Source: Nemertoderma westbladi
Lineage: Eukaryota; Animalia; Xenacoelomorpha
Direction of reading: 5' to 3'
DNA length: 32,800 nucleotides
Assembly (NCBI GenBank): GCA_032718475.1
Contig: JAUCBJ010002208.1
Coordinates: 1 to 32,800 of the forward strand
The notes below the pieces were generated by a model. That model was not told where the DNA came from. It was given only the letters and a program-made list of their open reading frames with translations, and did no database searches. A program made the translations under genes and the position numbers. Below are positions 10,947-22,491 of the stretch, in pieces. Positions within the stretch are counted from its first letter, which is position 1; every line of letters starts with the position of its first letter.

Positions 10947-12548
10947 TGGAACACTTTTTACTTCTAGACTGCGATCTGATCTGTCGAACTATGGCTGATG
11001 TGATTAATATGTGTTTCAAATTAGTTGAAGTTCCCCCTTGTTTCGGTAAAACTATTGTAACAAGTTTGTACAAGGGCAAAGAAAGGGATCCACTGCTAAG
11101 CAAATCTTATCATCCTATCTCCTCTGTTAGTATTTTCGGTAAGATCTTCGAATCTGTATTACTCCACGAATTCATCCAAATTGCTGAACATATCCCTAGC
11201 TCACAGTTTGCATACCGGTACCGTCGAAAAATCGGGACAGATGTTATAATCAGTGGTGTTCTAGAATTCCACGAAGCACAACGGAAAAAGGGAACCAGTG
11301 TCTTCATATGTCAACTAGATATGTCGGGGGCTTTTAACAATGTAGAACTTAGTATTCTCTTTAGACAGTTAGAAGGTTAATGAATTATATCAACCCTCAC
11401 ATATGCTTAGCTTTGTTCTGTTGTTGTCTTATTATATGCAAACTGTCGCTCATCTGAAATTTGGTGGTCTCATTAACGACCAGGGAATCAAGCTCATTAG
11501 AGGATTAAAACAAGCAGACAAGGATCTTTGCTATCTCCGATGTTGTTCAATTTCTACACCAAGGACGTGTTGGAGAAACTGAAAGAATCTGGTTTTGGAG
11601 AAAATCTTACCGATCTGTGGTTGGGAATTGTTGCATACGCAGATGACCTTCTAATCTGTGCAAGATCTGTATCTGACCTTGAGGTCATTACAGGTATAGT
11701 TATCGACAAACTGCAAGAATCAAATCTGGAAGTGGAGGACAGCAAAACTCGATGGAACTACCACCTTGGAAGCGGCTGTTCAAAATTCGCAGTTCCTACT
11801 TTTCTGAATATCGGGCAGTCGGGGGCACCTTGATCCCGCCTCACCCGAAACTGAACTTCCTTGGCTTCACATTACCGACTGGTCATGGCAACCACCTTCA
11901 GGTCGTTCAGGAGTGTATCCAGTGTGTTTATCGTGCTTCCGATATTTTTCATCGCCGCAGCTGGACTACTCATTTGGACTGTGATACCGTCGGATTTCTT
12001 TGGCGCATGATAGGAGTACCATCCATCACCCACTCAGTTCGGTTCTTGGCGGGATCACTTAGTAAAGTCGAAACCCGCAAATTAGAGATTGAGTATCGGA
12101 AGGCCCTTCGGGGTCTCTTACTGGTCGGCCCCTACGTTAACAACCAGATCATTTACAATCTACTTGGATGCCGCCCTCTACACAATGCAGCAATGAGGTG
12201 TACAAACAGTGCATAGGTACCATACTAAGAGTCGCTAGCTGCCCAGTCCCATTCTTACAATCACTTATCAAATCAGCCTCGCGGTTCAATAGCTGCTCGA
12301 ACACAAACTATGTAGGCTTGACTTCTGCATATGCGAAATGCAGAAGCAATTACCCAATGCCCAGTCTGCACAGTCTACTCACCTATACCTACTGTAAACG
12401 TTCCCTCTTTAACCGTGCTAAGACTGAACCACTAACAATCAGTGAAACTGTTGGGGTGAACTTCATTAAAAACTGCTACAGCAACAGTAACTGCGGAAGT
12501 TTCATATCTAAGCATAAACGTATCCTGTCTTATTTTAATGTCGTTTGA
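10947..12548 (+). pseudogene. non-LTR retrotransposon (LINE) reverse transcriptase, part 2, frameshifted
   Basis: RT motifs across ORFs 10946-11380, 11528-11833 and 11752-12216: LYKGKERDP..YHPISSVSIFGKIFE, QFAYR, LDMSGAFNNV, RGLKQ/GSLLSPMLFNFY, AYADDL, LNFLG. Clade and 3' end not determined. Confidence 0.92.
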
Positions 12549-14291
12549 ACATCTGTCCGATGCCTGTTTGCGTGTTGTGCTGCAAATATATTTTATTGAT
12601 TCAATTATCCCGAGACCGTCTATGATTATTACGGACCATATTATTGTGTTGTTATAATATTAAGCCATAATGTTTTAATCAGTAAAATTATTCATCTACC
12701 GTCTCATTAACATGACAGCGGGAGTTTTATGTCTAAATATAAACGTGGTTTTTGACGCAATCTGAGTAACGAACTACCCATAAATAAATTATATGTTTCA
12801 GTATCTATAAACATTGATTTTATAATTGTATAGGCCTAGTATACGTTGAGTATTACAATCAATTACTGTAATTCCCCATGTATCCACTGTCTACTGTAAC
12901 CTTGCTTTACCAATACCTTATATTACCCATATTGATCTGATTTTATTCGTGCTGTGCACATTTTATCTTCTTATAACAATGTCAATTTTATTTGATTAAA
13001 CACATTGAACTAACTAACTATTCCATTGTATAATACTGTAATAATTATGACATAGGGGCCTACAGCAGTAATTTCATACATCAGTACATCTAATAAATTC
13101 CCGTAGTACCGGCTGACCGGTATTTCAGCTAATTTGCAAATGTAATCACTTAAAACACCTAAAATGTTTTAAAAAAAGTATTCCCGACGGTGAAAGTTTT
13201 TATTCCATCGGTATTGAAATGACGGGTTAATTTTTCGAATTACATCCATAAAAACAATAAAAATACACCCCTTACTGCCTTACTGCAGTACTTACTGCCT
13301 TATGCAGTTATGTGACGTCTTGGGTCCCTTCAGCCCTTCTGCGCCTCCTGCCATTTTAGAGTTGAATTTACAACTTACTGACTTAAAAGTTGAATTTTAA
13401 AAAAAGTTTTAAATTTCAACTCAGTTGAAATTTGAAATTCTCCCCAACTGACAGACTGATATCTGGATATCAGGATATAGAGTACCGGTATGTACATTTA
13501 TTATTCAGCAGATGGCACTCCATGGCAAAATAAAAAAAACCGTTATCGCTGTAGACTGTATCTTCTCCGGGAAGATCATTACAGCATTACTGCATTAGGC
13601 CTATTGTTTGTTGATCCACCTGCTGATCTGTCTGCCTGTAGCTGTACCTACTCTCTGACTCTGCTTTCAAATCAAATTAAATCTTATTTTTGAAATTTGA
13701 CCTATGCTGCTATCATGGCTGCTACCGGTATGGCTGTATGGGATTTGACCTAGGTTGAATTCTTGAATTCGTCAGGCAGTCAGGTCATACACGGATTTTA
13801 GATCGATTCGATTTTGATGCTATTGTATTGCTGGTATTGTCTGATGACTATGATCGTTTTGGTAGGCATATCGTTTTGGTTAGAAAAGCCTGCTGCTGCT
13901 ACTGTAGGCCTAAGGCGTAACCTGCTCCTTTCCATAAAGTAAGAAATCTAGGTTCGTTTATTGTTTTGGTTACAAAACACCGCCACTGTACTTTAACGTA
14001 ACCTGTTTGATTTCATGAAATTATTGCCACAGTACCAGCAGACCAGGAGGCTGCCAGTATACACTGATATGTGTGATACTGATACATCTATATACCGGTA
14101 CTGATCAGCTGATATAGGCCTAATATCAGAATATACAGATCAGCAGATATAAGAAGACTGAGCTGAGCAGCTGAGCGGGAACGCTGTGCTACTACCTGGG
14201 TATTGCTGTATACAACACAGTCAGACAGTTAGAACTGTAGAGGCTACGAATGTAATGTACCGTACCGCAGTACCGGTAATGCTGTGTTGTA

Positions 14292-14760
14292 ATGGAATCG
14301 TCTCCTTTTATTTGTAAATTGGAGCCCCGTTCTCCGGTCAATGTTGTTGATATGACGTCACTGCACGGTTCATTGGAGCCGATACACACGAACTCGGCAC
14401 TTCCACCGACTTCCACGATCGTCCTACCTGTACTGCAGTCATCCACCGCCACTGGGAAGCTACTCGACGCTTCAAGCTATGGTGCCTCTCCAGCTCCCCG
14501 TCTCCTAGCTAATTTACTCAATGGAGACGATGACTTTCGAATTTCGCCAGCCAATCAAACCGCCGCCTCAGCGACCACTAACTGCCTCTATCATGTATTC
14601 ACCCGGGTAAACATTGTTATCCCATCTCCCCCAGCTATTTCCAGTAACGCCGGCCAATGTCTCGGTGATAGCGGGAGTCTGTCCCAAGGAAATGACCGTC
14701 GCCTAACTAATAATTCTGCCATCCTTGGTCAAGAGCTCAATACTTCTAGTTACCTTCCAG
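14292..14760 (+). CDS. probable first coding exon of the zinc-finger gene (Ser/Pro/Thr-rich N-terminus)
   Basis: GC-richer 156-codon ATG-initiated open frame ending at donor CCAG|GTTAGT (phase 1), compatible with the downstream phase-1 exons. Linkage to the zinc-finger exons is inferred. Confidence 0.6.
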
Positions 14761-14786
14761 GTTAGTCTGCCTGACTTATAATAATA

Positions 14787-15352
14787 CCGTAATCCGGCGT
14801 GAAGTGCTGAAGTGAGATGAAAAAAAATTTTGTTTACAATGTCCATAAAATGAAATAGCAATTATTTCTTGTCAAAATTACAACAATCTGACAATTGTCT
14901 ATGTAGATATATATGTCTTCAAAATTAGGTACAGCATTAGAGTAGTAAAAAAAACTGTGAAATTTCACCTTTGGTGAAGAGGGCAGAGGGATACATTTTG
15001 GAGTGAAGTGTGGGATAATGATTTTTTTAGTAACAATTTATATAATGGCTATTATGAACTAAATAAGGGGGGGGGGGGGTGAAGTGGGACAATATAAATT
15101 AAAAAAAAAACATCGTTTAAATCCATAATTTCCAAAAATGGCAATAATACCAATTGCCTCTATCTGTTTATAGGCCTTTTATTTTATTAACTAATATTTA
15201 ATTTTATATATTATTATATTAACTATATTAATATATCCTTTATTTATATATATACTTAATATTGTCCAACTTGCCTTGTCGCCCTTATTCATTTCGATAT
15301 AAAAGTAGTTATTGTATAAAAGTTATACCACCTCCCTCACCCCAGTTGACGG
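14787..15352. mobile_element. old pogo/Tc1-type MITE flanked by TA
   Basis: TA|CCGTAATCCGGCGTGAAG ... CTCACCCCAGTTGACGG|TA; internal repeats of GTGAAGTGGGACAA-like motifs. Confidence 0.5.
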
Positions 15353-15469
15353 TACAGATGATAACATTATTTATATAATATGATAAAGTACATGATTATT
15401 CAGTTACGAACTGCACCTCATCTTCAACAGATGTAATATATACTACGGGTATGATACTATTAATGTGGG

Positions 15470-16335
15470 GTGAGCCATGAAAGTAAAGGAGCTTAGCATA
15501 CGGGTACCACCATCTCAAAATCGGTGTGTCAGTTGATATGTAGATCTGTTTTTAAACGTTAATAACTTGTCAAATCCTGGATGAAATCTAACCAAACTTG
15601 GTACACATGTTGTTTGGCAAAAGTTCAGAAATTTTCCAAATGGGGCCTTCCTTTCAGGACGATGGCAGCGAGGCTAATGAAGGAGACGAGTATTGTGTTG
15701 GCAATACTCCTAAATAACCTGGTTACTCTGGTTTAGCATATTAAATATACAATGTAGATAAGACAATATGATAATGCTCTCCATAGCGAAAAATAATAAG
15801 TGAATTGTTGTGGGGTGAGTGACGCGGTGTATTAAATAGGCCTATACAATGTAAATAAGACAAAGGTTTAGAATATTGGGCGATATGTCATTTTGATCAA
15901 TACCGGTAGTGGAATATGTTGTATGCAAGTTATTTTGGTGACAAGATTATGTACAGGACGAGTGCAACGAGGGTTGTAATGAAGACGAGTATGGTGTTAA
16001 CTATCCTAATAACGAGTATTGTTTTGGCAATACTCTTAAACCACATAGTTTAGCATATTTGTTGATGATATGTCATTTTATCCAATAGGCCTACTGATAA
16101 TGGAATGTGCAATATTGTAAGGTATATATTTAGTGAGCAGGTTGTACAGGACGAAGACGAACGTAACGAGTTTTGCAGTGGATACGAGTATCCATATGCC
16201 ATAAATCAGCAGTTACTCGCACAGTTTCGAGTCTAAGCATAGTTATAAAGGTCGACAGTCTGCGTTTAAGAAAAAAAATGTGAGACAAAATAGGGCGAGC
16301 GCAACGAGGCTAATGAAGGATACGAGTATTGTAAA
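15470..16335 (+). repeat. degenerate HINE-like element with diverged internal repeats
   Basis: Contains GATGAAAT..AACCAAACTTGGTACACAT (also at about 27425-27451) and recurrent GAGG..AATGAAG..ACGAGTATTGT blocks. Confidence 0.4.
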
Positions 16336-17711
16336 ACTAAAAATTTCATACCCGGTACTTAACTTAAATATCCCTCTAGTTAGTAGGTTTACAAATGACA
16401 GTTGAAGCATGTAAGGGCAAACTGAAATGAACCTCTTTTTTTTTACAACCAGTTTAAGGCAAACTGAAAGCATCACTCATTGATATTTTGGAATTACGGT
16501 TTTCGTATATCTAATTGAGATTAGTACACTTTCATATATAGGCTGTCGTGCTGCCCACAGCTTGGTTTAGGTAAGTATGTGCGTAAAGTGAGCCGACCTT
16601 TTATAATTAATGGATAAATATTTGAACGTTGAATATACTTTTTTTTAATACAATTATCGGTATGATATGCTTTTATACTTTTATTTATATTCCGTCGGGA
16701 TTTTGTGCGCACTTTTGTAATCTGCGTACAATGCGTGTAATGTGTCTGCTAACAAAATCGAAGCGGTGCCTTTAAAATATGTGACCTGATGACAATGTGA
16801 TACATAATTACAGTAGGTATGTGATCAGCTATGCAACGAGCTAGTGGAAAACACTGTCTACTGTGGTAATATATTTGCAGGCATGGGGTCATGTTTCTCG
16901 CCAAATCAAGCTTTACCAAGAGGCTCAAGCTAGATGGTAAATTGAAGTTCAATGTATGAGATGTATCATTGTATTCTAATTTTTCATGCTGCTAGGCGTC
17001 GCCATAACATTTGAAATTTTCTCAGATCAGGAGGATACGGCTAGCGTGAGATATTCATTAGTTAACCCATAGAATACTATTATTGATGATGCTGTAGAAT
17101 TTATAATTCTTCACAATCAGTCCTCCACTCCCCCAGCCCCACTTGTTATTTAATTATCCTATCTTTAAAAACTGAAAGGTTTGCGATAGTTTAAATCTCT
17201 ACCGGTCCGGTATGCATATAAACTATTACCGTAACTCTATCCAGAATTACATAGAAAATTTGTATGTATTTAAATGGATGACTTTTGTCTATTTCAATCC
17301 GCGTATTTTTTTCGTCTTTCCTGGCCTACAGAAGGCTTAAAATGCCATGTGAACTTCTACTATATCAAAGACTCCGTGAGGCAGTAATTGTGTGCATCCG
17401 GTATATATATCAATTGAGTCCCATGTTCTTCGGTGATGATTTGAATTTACATAGGTATATTTATATCCATCCGAGGCGAATGTTAATTATCGGACCTCCT
17501 CCTATTGACGCAAGGCAGGGGTGCCGGTGTGTTCCTGGGGCTGCCTTCATGAACTGATTACTTTAGAACGTAGCTCTATGATGATTAAAGACTCACAACC
17601 CACAAAATTTCGTTTATTTCGAAAACATTTTTAATATTTGTTCAATTACCATTAAACTGTCAATTAAACTTCACCACTAATAGTCGACATTAATGTGCAA
17701 GGATATCATGT

Positions 17712-19164
17712 CAGACAAGGTTTTTTTTGGAAATTTGCTGATGGCGCTGTCGGCGCCATCGACCAAAATTTATATGGCGTCGCGTCAGAAATTACTACCA
17801 CTACCGCTGTACGACTACTTTACCACCTACTGATTAACCAGTAGTACCAGTAAGCCTACGACGTAAGCTTGCTTGTACTTATATGCTCAGCAAAAATAAT
17901 TAAAAATTAAACAAAAATAACTAACATTCATATTACCGGTAATTAATAAAAACTTATAATTACTGTAATGAAAATGTATGAAAAGGACTAGAATTGCTCA
18001 ACATTGCGTTAACATTCATTTTAGTCCTTTTCATTTATTATCCCGTTTAATAGTTAATTTTATATTAATTTTAATTAATATAATGTTATTAGTTTAATTT
18101 TAAATCTTCTTCTTTAAATATGTTTTTCAAATTCAAGTTTTAAAATTTTAATTAAAATAAACGTAAACTATTTGAAATGTAAACTATGTTATTCTTAATT
18201 GTTACTTTTTCGCTCGAATATACCCCAAAATCGGGAAAAAGGGTTTCCATGGGGGAAAAAGTAACTCAAAGAATTGCATTCATTCATATTTTACTTTTTT
18301 TCCCGGCGAAAATAAATAAAATAAATTATTTTTGGTGGAAATTCTTAAATTTTATTACATGCGTTGAAAGAGAATCGAAGTAAAGGTTTACACGTATTTT
18401 GAGAAAAATCCATTCACGCACTCAAAAGTTATTCCATTAGTGTCTGCAAGGCTCGAAAACGGAACTGAATATCCAATATTGGTTTATGTGGTTAAGCGGC
18501 TCTCTAGTTACGTAACAAATATTCGATAACACTAAATTATTTAACATTGAGTAAGTCAGCATCAGGAGTTGAAGAGTACTGTAAATTGGAATTGCACTAA
18601 CTATGGTTTAAGCAATTATAGTAAAACACTACAGTTCCTATATTTTATTAAAGAATTAAGCAACAAAAAAGTACCAATTGAAGAATATAATTACGTATTA
18701 TATACATGGAAAAAAAAACGTATGATACATTTTCTTCCAATATTCTCTCGACCCTTTATTAACCTCGCTGGCGTTCGGTACATATAAAATACCTCGAGAA
18801 CAGTGAAAAAAAGTTAAATTTTTGTCCCATGTAATACATAATTATATTCTAACTAATTAAATTCTCAGTGACAAGTTAATTAAAACCACTTTAATTAACA
18901 AGATAAAGATAACATTAAAATTTCAACTAAACTACCGTTAGTTGAACATTCAAATTATGTGCCAACCCCACCGCCTCAAAAATTTTAATATTTTTTGGAA
19001 TCTACATTTATTTAATACCGATACTGTACTGATATCGGAAAATGTGCATGGCGAATCTCGGAGAAATCTCTAAGGCGCTGCTGGCGCCATCCAGTTTCCT
19101 GCAATGGCGCCACGGCCATGTCATGTGCTATGTGCTACGGCCATGTGCTAAAAAACCCTGATTG
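17712..19164. mobile_element. older 1.45-kb non-autonomous element with CAGTCAGGG-type termini, related to 3698-10941
   Basis: Left CAGACAAGGTTTTTT and right reverse complement CAATCAGGGTTTTTT give consensus CAGTCAGGG; flanks TCATGT / TCAGT. TGGCGC..GGCGCCA subterminal palindromes at both ends; about 18185-18452 is inverted-homologous to about 9830-10540. Confidence 0.65.
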
Positions 19165-20307
19165 TCAGTTAGATATTGTTATTTATTTTGTGAGGAAATT
19201 GATTTACTATTAAAGCTGTGGCCGTTCGCGTTCAGTCATTATAGTTTTTTTGTTTGCAGATAATCCCGGTTAGTGTCTTATCTTGTTGTATGTATGCTCT
19301 ATGCAGTGTAGGGGGCGAGCCACTGAAATTACGCCATTAATCAACCCGTCCTTTTCCAATATTTTAACGCTAATAACTCGTTGATCCTCAATTAAATTTA
19401 ACCAAACTGTTGTTTGTTTTTATTATTTGTCAATATTTCGGCCCAAACATGAAATTATCTAATTATATTTGTAACAATATAAACCAAACAAACAGGCCTT
19501 CTACAGGGCAGCACGTTATTGACTATAACTACTGAAAACTAAACATTTCTCGAAAATCTACTTGACTTAAAAACTTTCTAAACTTTTTAAAAACACTACT
19601 TTTCCCCTTTCAACTATCGGTTACAAACAACCAATAAATAGTATTCATCCATCTCATCCCTGTTCATCTGTTCATCCATCCGGTTTTCCAAACAGGGATT
19701 TCATATAATCCACTCGCTTTAATGGATATGGATATGGGACATGCTTCTCTGGAGTTCGGCAGGTGTATAGCCCCCATTTCTATAGGTCGTATCCGTTTTA
19801 GTAACGCGATTAATCGAAACCGTCTTAACATCTTTATTTATTACTCTTGGAATATCCCATGGAACATTGTGTGTTTAGACTGAAACAGCTGGTACCCAGT
19901 ACAGGCAGCACTATATAGCCAATACTTGCTTCTAACTGCATCCCTAGATGATCCACTGCCTGGAATCGTGTTTCCTTTACTAATTATCCAATTTGGATAT
20001 CTGCTGCGTTCATAATCTCCCCTTTCCGACGCATAGAATTCGAGCTGTAGTTGCTATGTGTACTGATTACTAGCGTTACTAATAATATCTCAATGTATTT
20101 GTGTTGTAATTAATCCTGCCAGTAATGAATGTGGATTTAACTTCCCTGCCGTAACATTTCGTTATTCCATGATGTAAGAATACATAAATTGTATGCGTGT
20201 TTGTGTGTGAGTGTGTTGGTTTGATGGTTGGTTACTATTATAATCTTGTTTTCTGTTTCAAGTAGCGATGTATTTTTTTAATCTTTATCCATCCGAATTC
20301 GTTTTAG

Positions 20308-20394
20308 GTGCCTCAAAATCTGTTGAATCGTTATCTTCTGAAACTGCAGGTGAAAGTCAAACGAAACGCAAGAAGGGCCGACCAGCAAAACAGG
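20308..20394 (+). CDS. internal exon with basic AT-hook/NLS-like motif (GASKSVESLSSETAGESQTKRKKGRPAKQ)
   Basis: Acceptor TTTTAG|GT and donor AGG|GTGAGT; 87 nt, phase 1-1. An alternative in-frame donor C|GTAAGT lies at 20421/20422. Confidence 0.72.
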
Positions 20395-20620
20395 GTGAGT
20401 TGTTTTCCATTGTCGATCCACGTAAGTAAATTAATTTAATTAATTGTTTATATAAAGATTTTGTGTAGAAATTGAACTGTGATGAAGGTGTGGGTTGAAG
20501 CAGCACTATACGGCAAGGTTTCGGGCTATCATGCCTCGTCAGTAGCGCTAACCATTTCAGCCACTCTCCCCTGATACTTCTTTGCTTATTTAGTGCAGTT
20601 CTAGCGCTCTGGGTTTGAAC

Positions 20621-20990
20621 GGTACGCAGCAAAATTCGCCCACGAGAAAGCTTCGCCCGCGTCTAATCTTCGCCCGGAGCAATCTTCGCCCTCAAAATGA
20701 GCAACTATCGCCCGCAGGCAAACTTCGCTCGCGAGCAACCTTCGCCCACTAAACCAGTATTGTTTTGGTTAGAAAAAGCAGTCTCTGTAGCCTGCTCATT
20801 TCCCTCAATTGGTAATAACATCGTTTATTGTTTTGGTTAGAAAAATCCGTCTCTGTAATGTAACCTGCTCCTTTCCTTGAATTGGTGACTAAAATGGTTA
20901 CCAACACAAATCTTATTGGGCGAAGATTGCCTAGCGGGCGAAGGATTCCCCCAGACGAAGGTTGGACGCGGGCGAAGGTTGCACCCAACC
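20621..20990. mobile_element. 370-bp MULE-type MITE with tandem subterminal TTCGCCC repeats
   Basis: GGT...ACC ends; several (C)TTCGCCC copies on the left face GGGCGAAG copies on the right; flanks GGTTTGAAC / GTTTTGAAC (8/9). Confidence 0.75.
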
Positions 20991-21474
20991 GTTTTGAACC
21001 TACACCAGTATTTGAACTCAATAGTCCCAATGTTCGTCGCCTTCCAGTGTTAAATCGACGCGCATATAACAGCTGATAAATAAAAAAAAAGGAAACTGTA
21101 ACCTGTGCTATTGATTTATTGTTTTGGTTAGACTGTAACCGGCTTTAACAAAATTATGTGGGAATAAATCCTTAACGTTTCTACTAGGGGTTTCTTATCT
21201 TCGCGTTCGGGCCGGGCCGGGCCGCCTTCGAAGTTTCGTTTTTTTCACACTTTCACGTCACTTTCCTTTTTTTTCTTATCTGATCCTGATCAGATCAATA
21301 TTAATGTAGTCAACACCACTATAATAAGTTAGTCATCAGGCATAAATTATTAACAATATTAGAAGTTAATCATCACCAATATTAGAAGTTAGTCTTTAAA
21401 TGGATTATTCACTTACTGTTACAGGTGGGCCTGAACATTTTTTCACTGGCTATTTATTTCACTTACTGTTACAG

Positions 21475-21628
21475 GTGGGCCGACCATTAGACAACAGCAA
21501 TCCTGCCAGTCCTGCAATAAGATGTTTAGCAGTTCAAGTGCGTTAGCTAAGCACAAACTAACTCACAGTAACGAACGTAGATACGTATGTTCCCTCTGCA
21601 ATAAAGGGTTTAAACGCCAGGATCATCT
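21475..21628 (+). CDS. ZNF541: ZNF541/TRERF1-family C2H2 zinc-finger exon (finger 1 and most of finger 2)
   Basis: ACAG|GT acceptor and CT|GTGAGT donor; translates CQSCNKMFSSSSALAKHKLTHSNERRYVCSLCNKGFKRQDHL, matching my recollection of the ZNF541 N-terminal fingers. It is not in the ORF track. The symbol marks family resemblance, not proven orthology. Confidence 0.9.
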
Positions 21629-21709
21629 GTGAGTATATATCTCTAAATGCTAGGATCATGTGAGAATGTGGAGGGGGGGGGGGGGGGGGGTGTAGCCCCC
21701 CGCCCCCCT

Positions 21710-21890
21710 CGCTAAAAATGTTAGAAAGTTGTTTTTTATTGCATTTAAAGCATAATTTAATGGGGATTTCAAATCTGAAAACGGCTTAGAGAGATCTCTC
21801 TTAGTTCTTGAGTTATCGTGGAATATCTGTCCGTCAAAATGTAAGACAGACAGACAGACTACCATTAACCAACCAGACCCCATACAGGCA
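21710..21890 (-). repeat. DINE/HINE-like fragment with (GACA)n microsatellite
   Basis: TTCTTGAGTTATCGTG followed by GACAGACAGACAGAC; adjacent poly-G tract at about 21671-21690. Confidence 0.35.
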
Positions 21891-22491
21891 ATCTTGCGCT
21901 GGGAGGTTTGAACTTTAAAGGCGAATGATATATAATTACCGGTATCGCTGAATGATATTTTTTCACACGAAAGATACTACTCCGCTCTTAACCGTTTGTT
22001 GCCATTTTTGTTTTATTTATATGAAAGGTAATTGGATAAGCTTCAATAAATTTCACTTAATTTAATAATATTTCGCCATTTTTCGAATGAAAAATTACAA
22101 AAAACTTGGGTTTTTCAGTTTTAAAAAAAAAATTTTTTGCAAAATTGCCAATTATCAGAAGTAGAAAACGAAAATTCAAAAAGTGCGTAAAAAATGTTAT
22201 GAAAATGAACATGCTGGCTGGTTCCAAAAAATGTGGTATCGGAAAATATAAATGGGAAATAACGGAGGAGTTAAGTCTTTAGTGAAATTTTTAAAATCTG
22301 CCGCTATGGGGCGCCAAAAAATTTATCATTTGTATTTACTTTAGTTCATTGTCTTTTCGACGGTATATCGTTTACTATTTGTTTTTCAACAACATTGGAG
22401 TACAAAATAAGAAAAAACCATAACTCGACAATACAGATAACTCTTCTTTTATGAAACTGCACGTGTTTGTTTTTATATTTATTTTCTTTAG

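Noticed and set aside
13300-14290. Core promoter of the zinc-finger gene
   Set aside because: No TSS-defining motif can be supported from sequence alone.
19696-19790. Possible extra phase-1 exon (GISYNPLALMDMDMGHASLEFG)
   Set aside because: The acceptor is plausible but there is no convincing phase-compatible donor; it cannot be supported without RNA data.
21048-21150. TGTTAAA...TTTAACA possible Ginger-like mini element
   Set aside because: The inverted match is short and there is no TSD.
21905-22355. Possible Kolobok-like element (TTTAAAGG start)
   Set aside because: No convincing matching right end or TTAA duplication.
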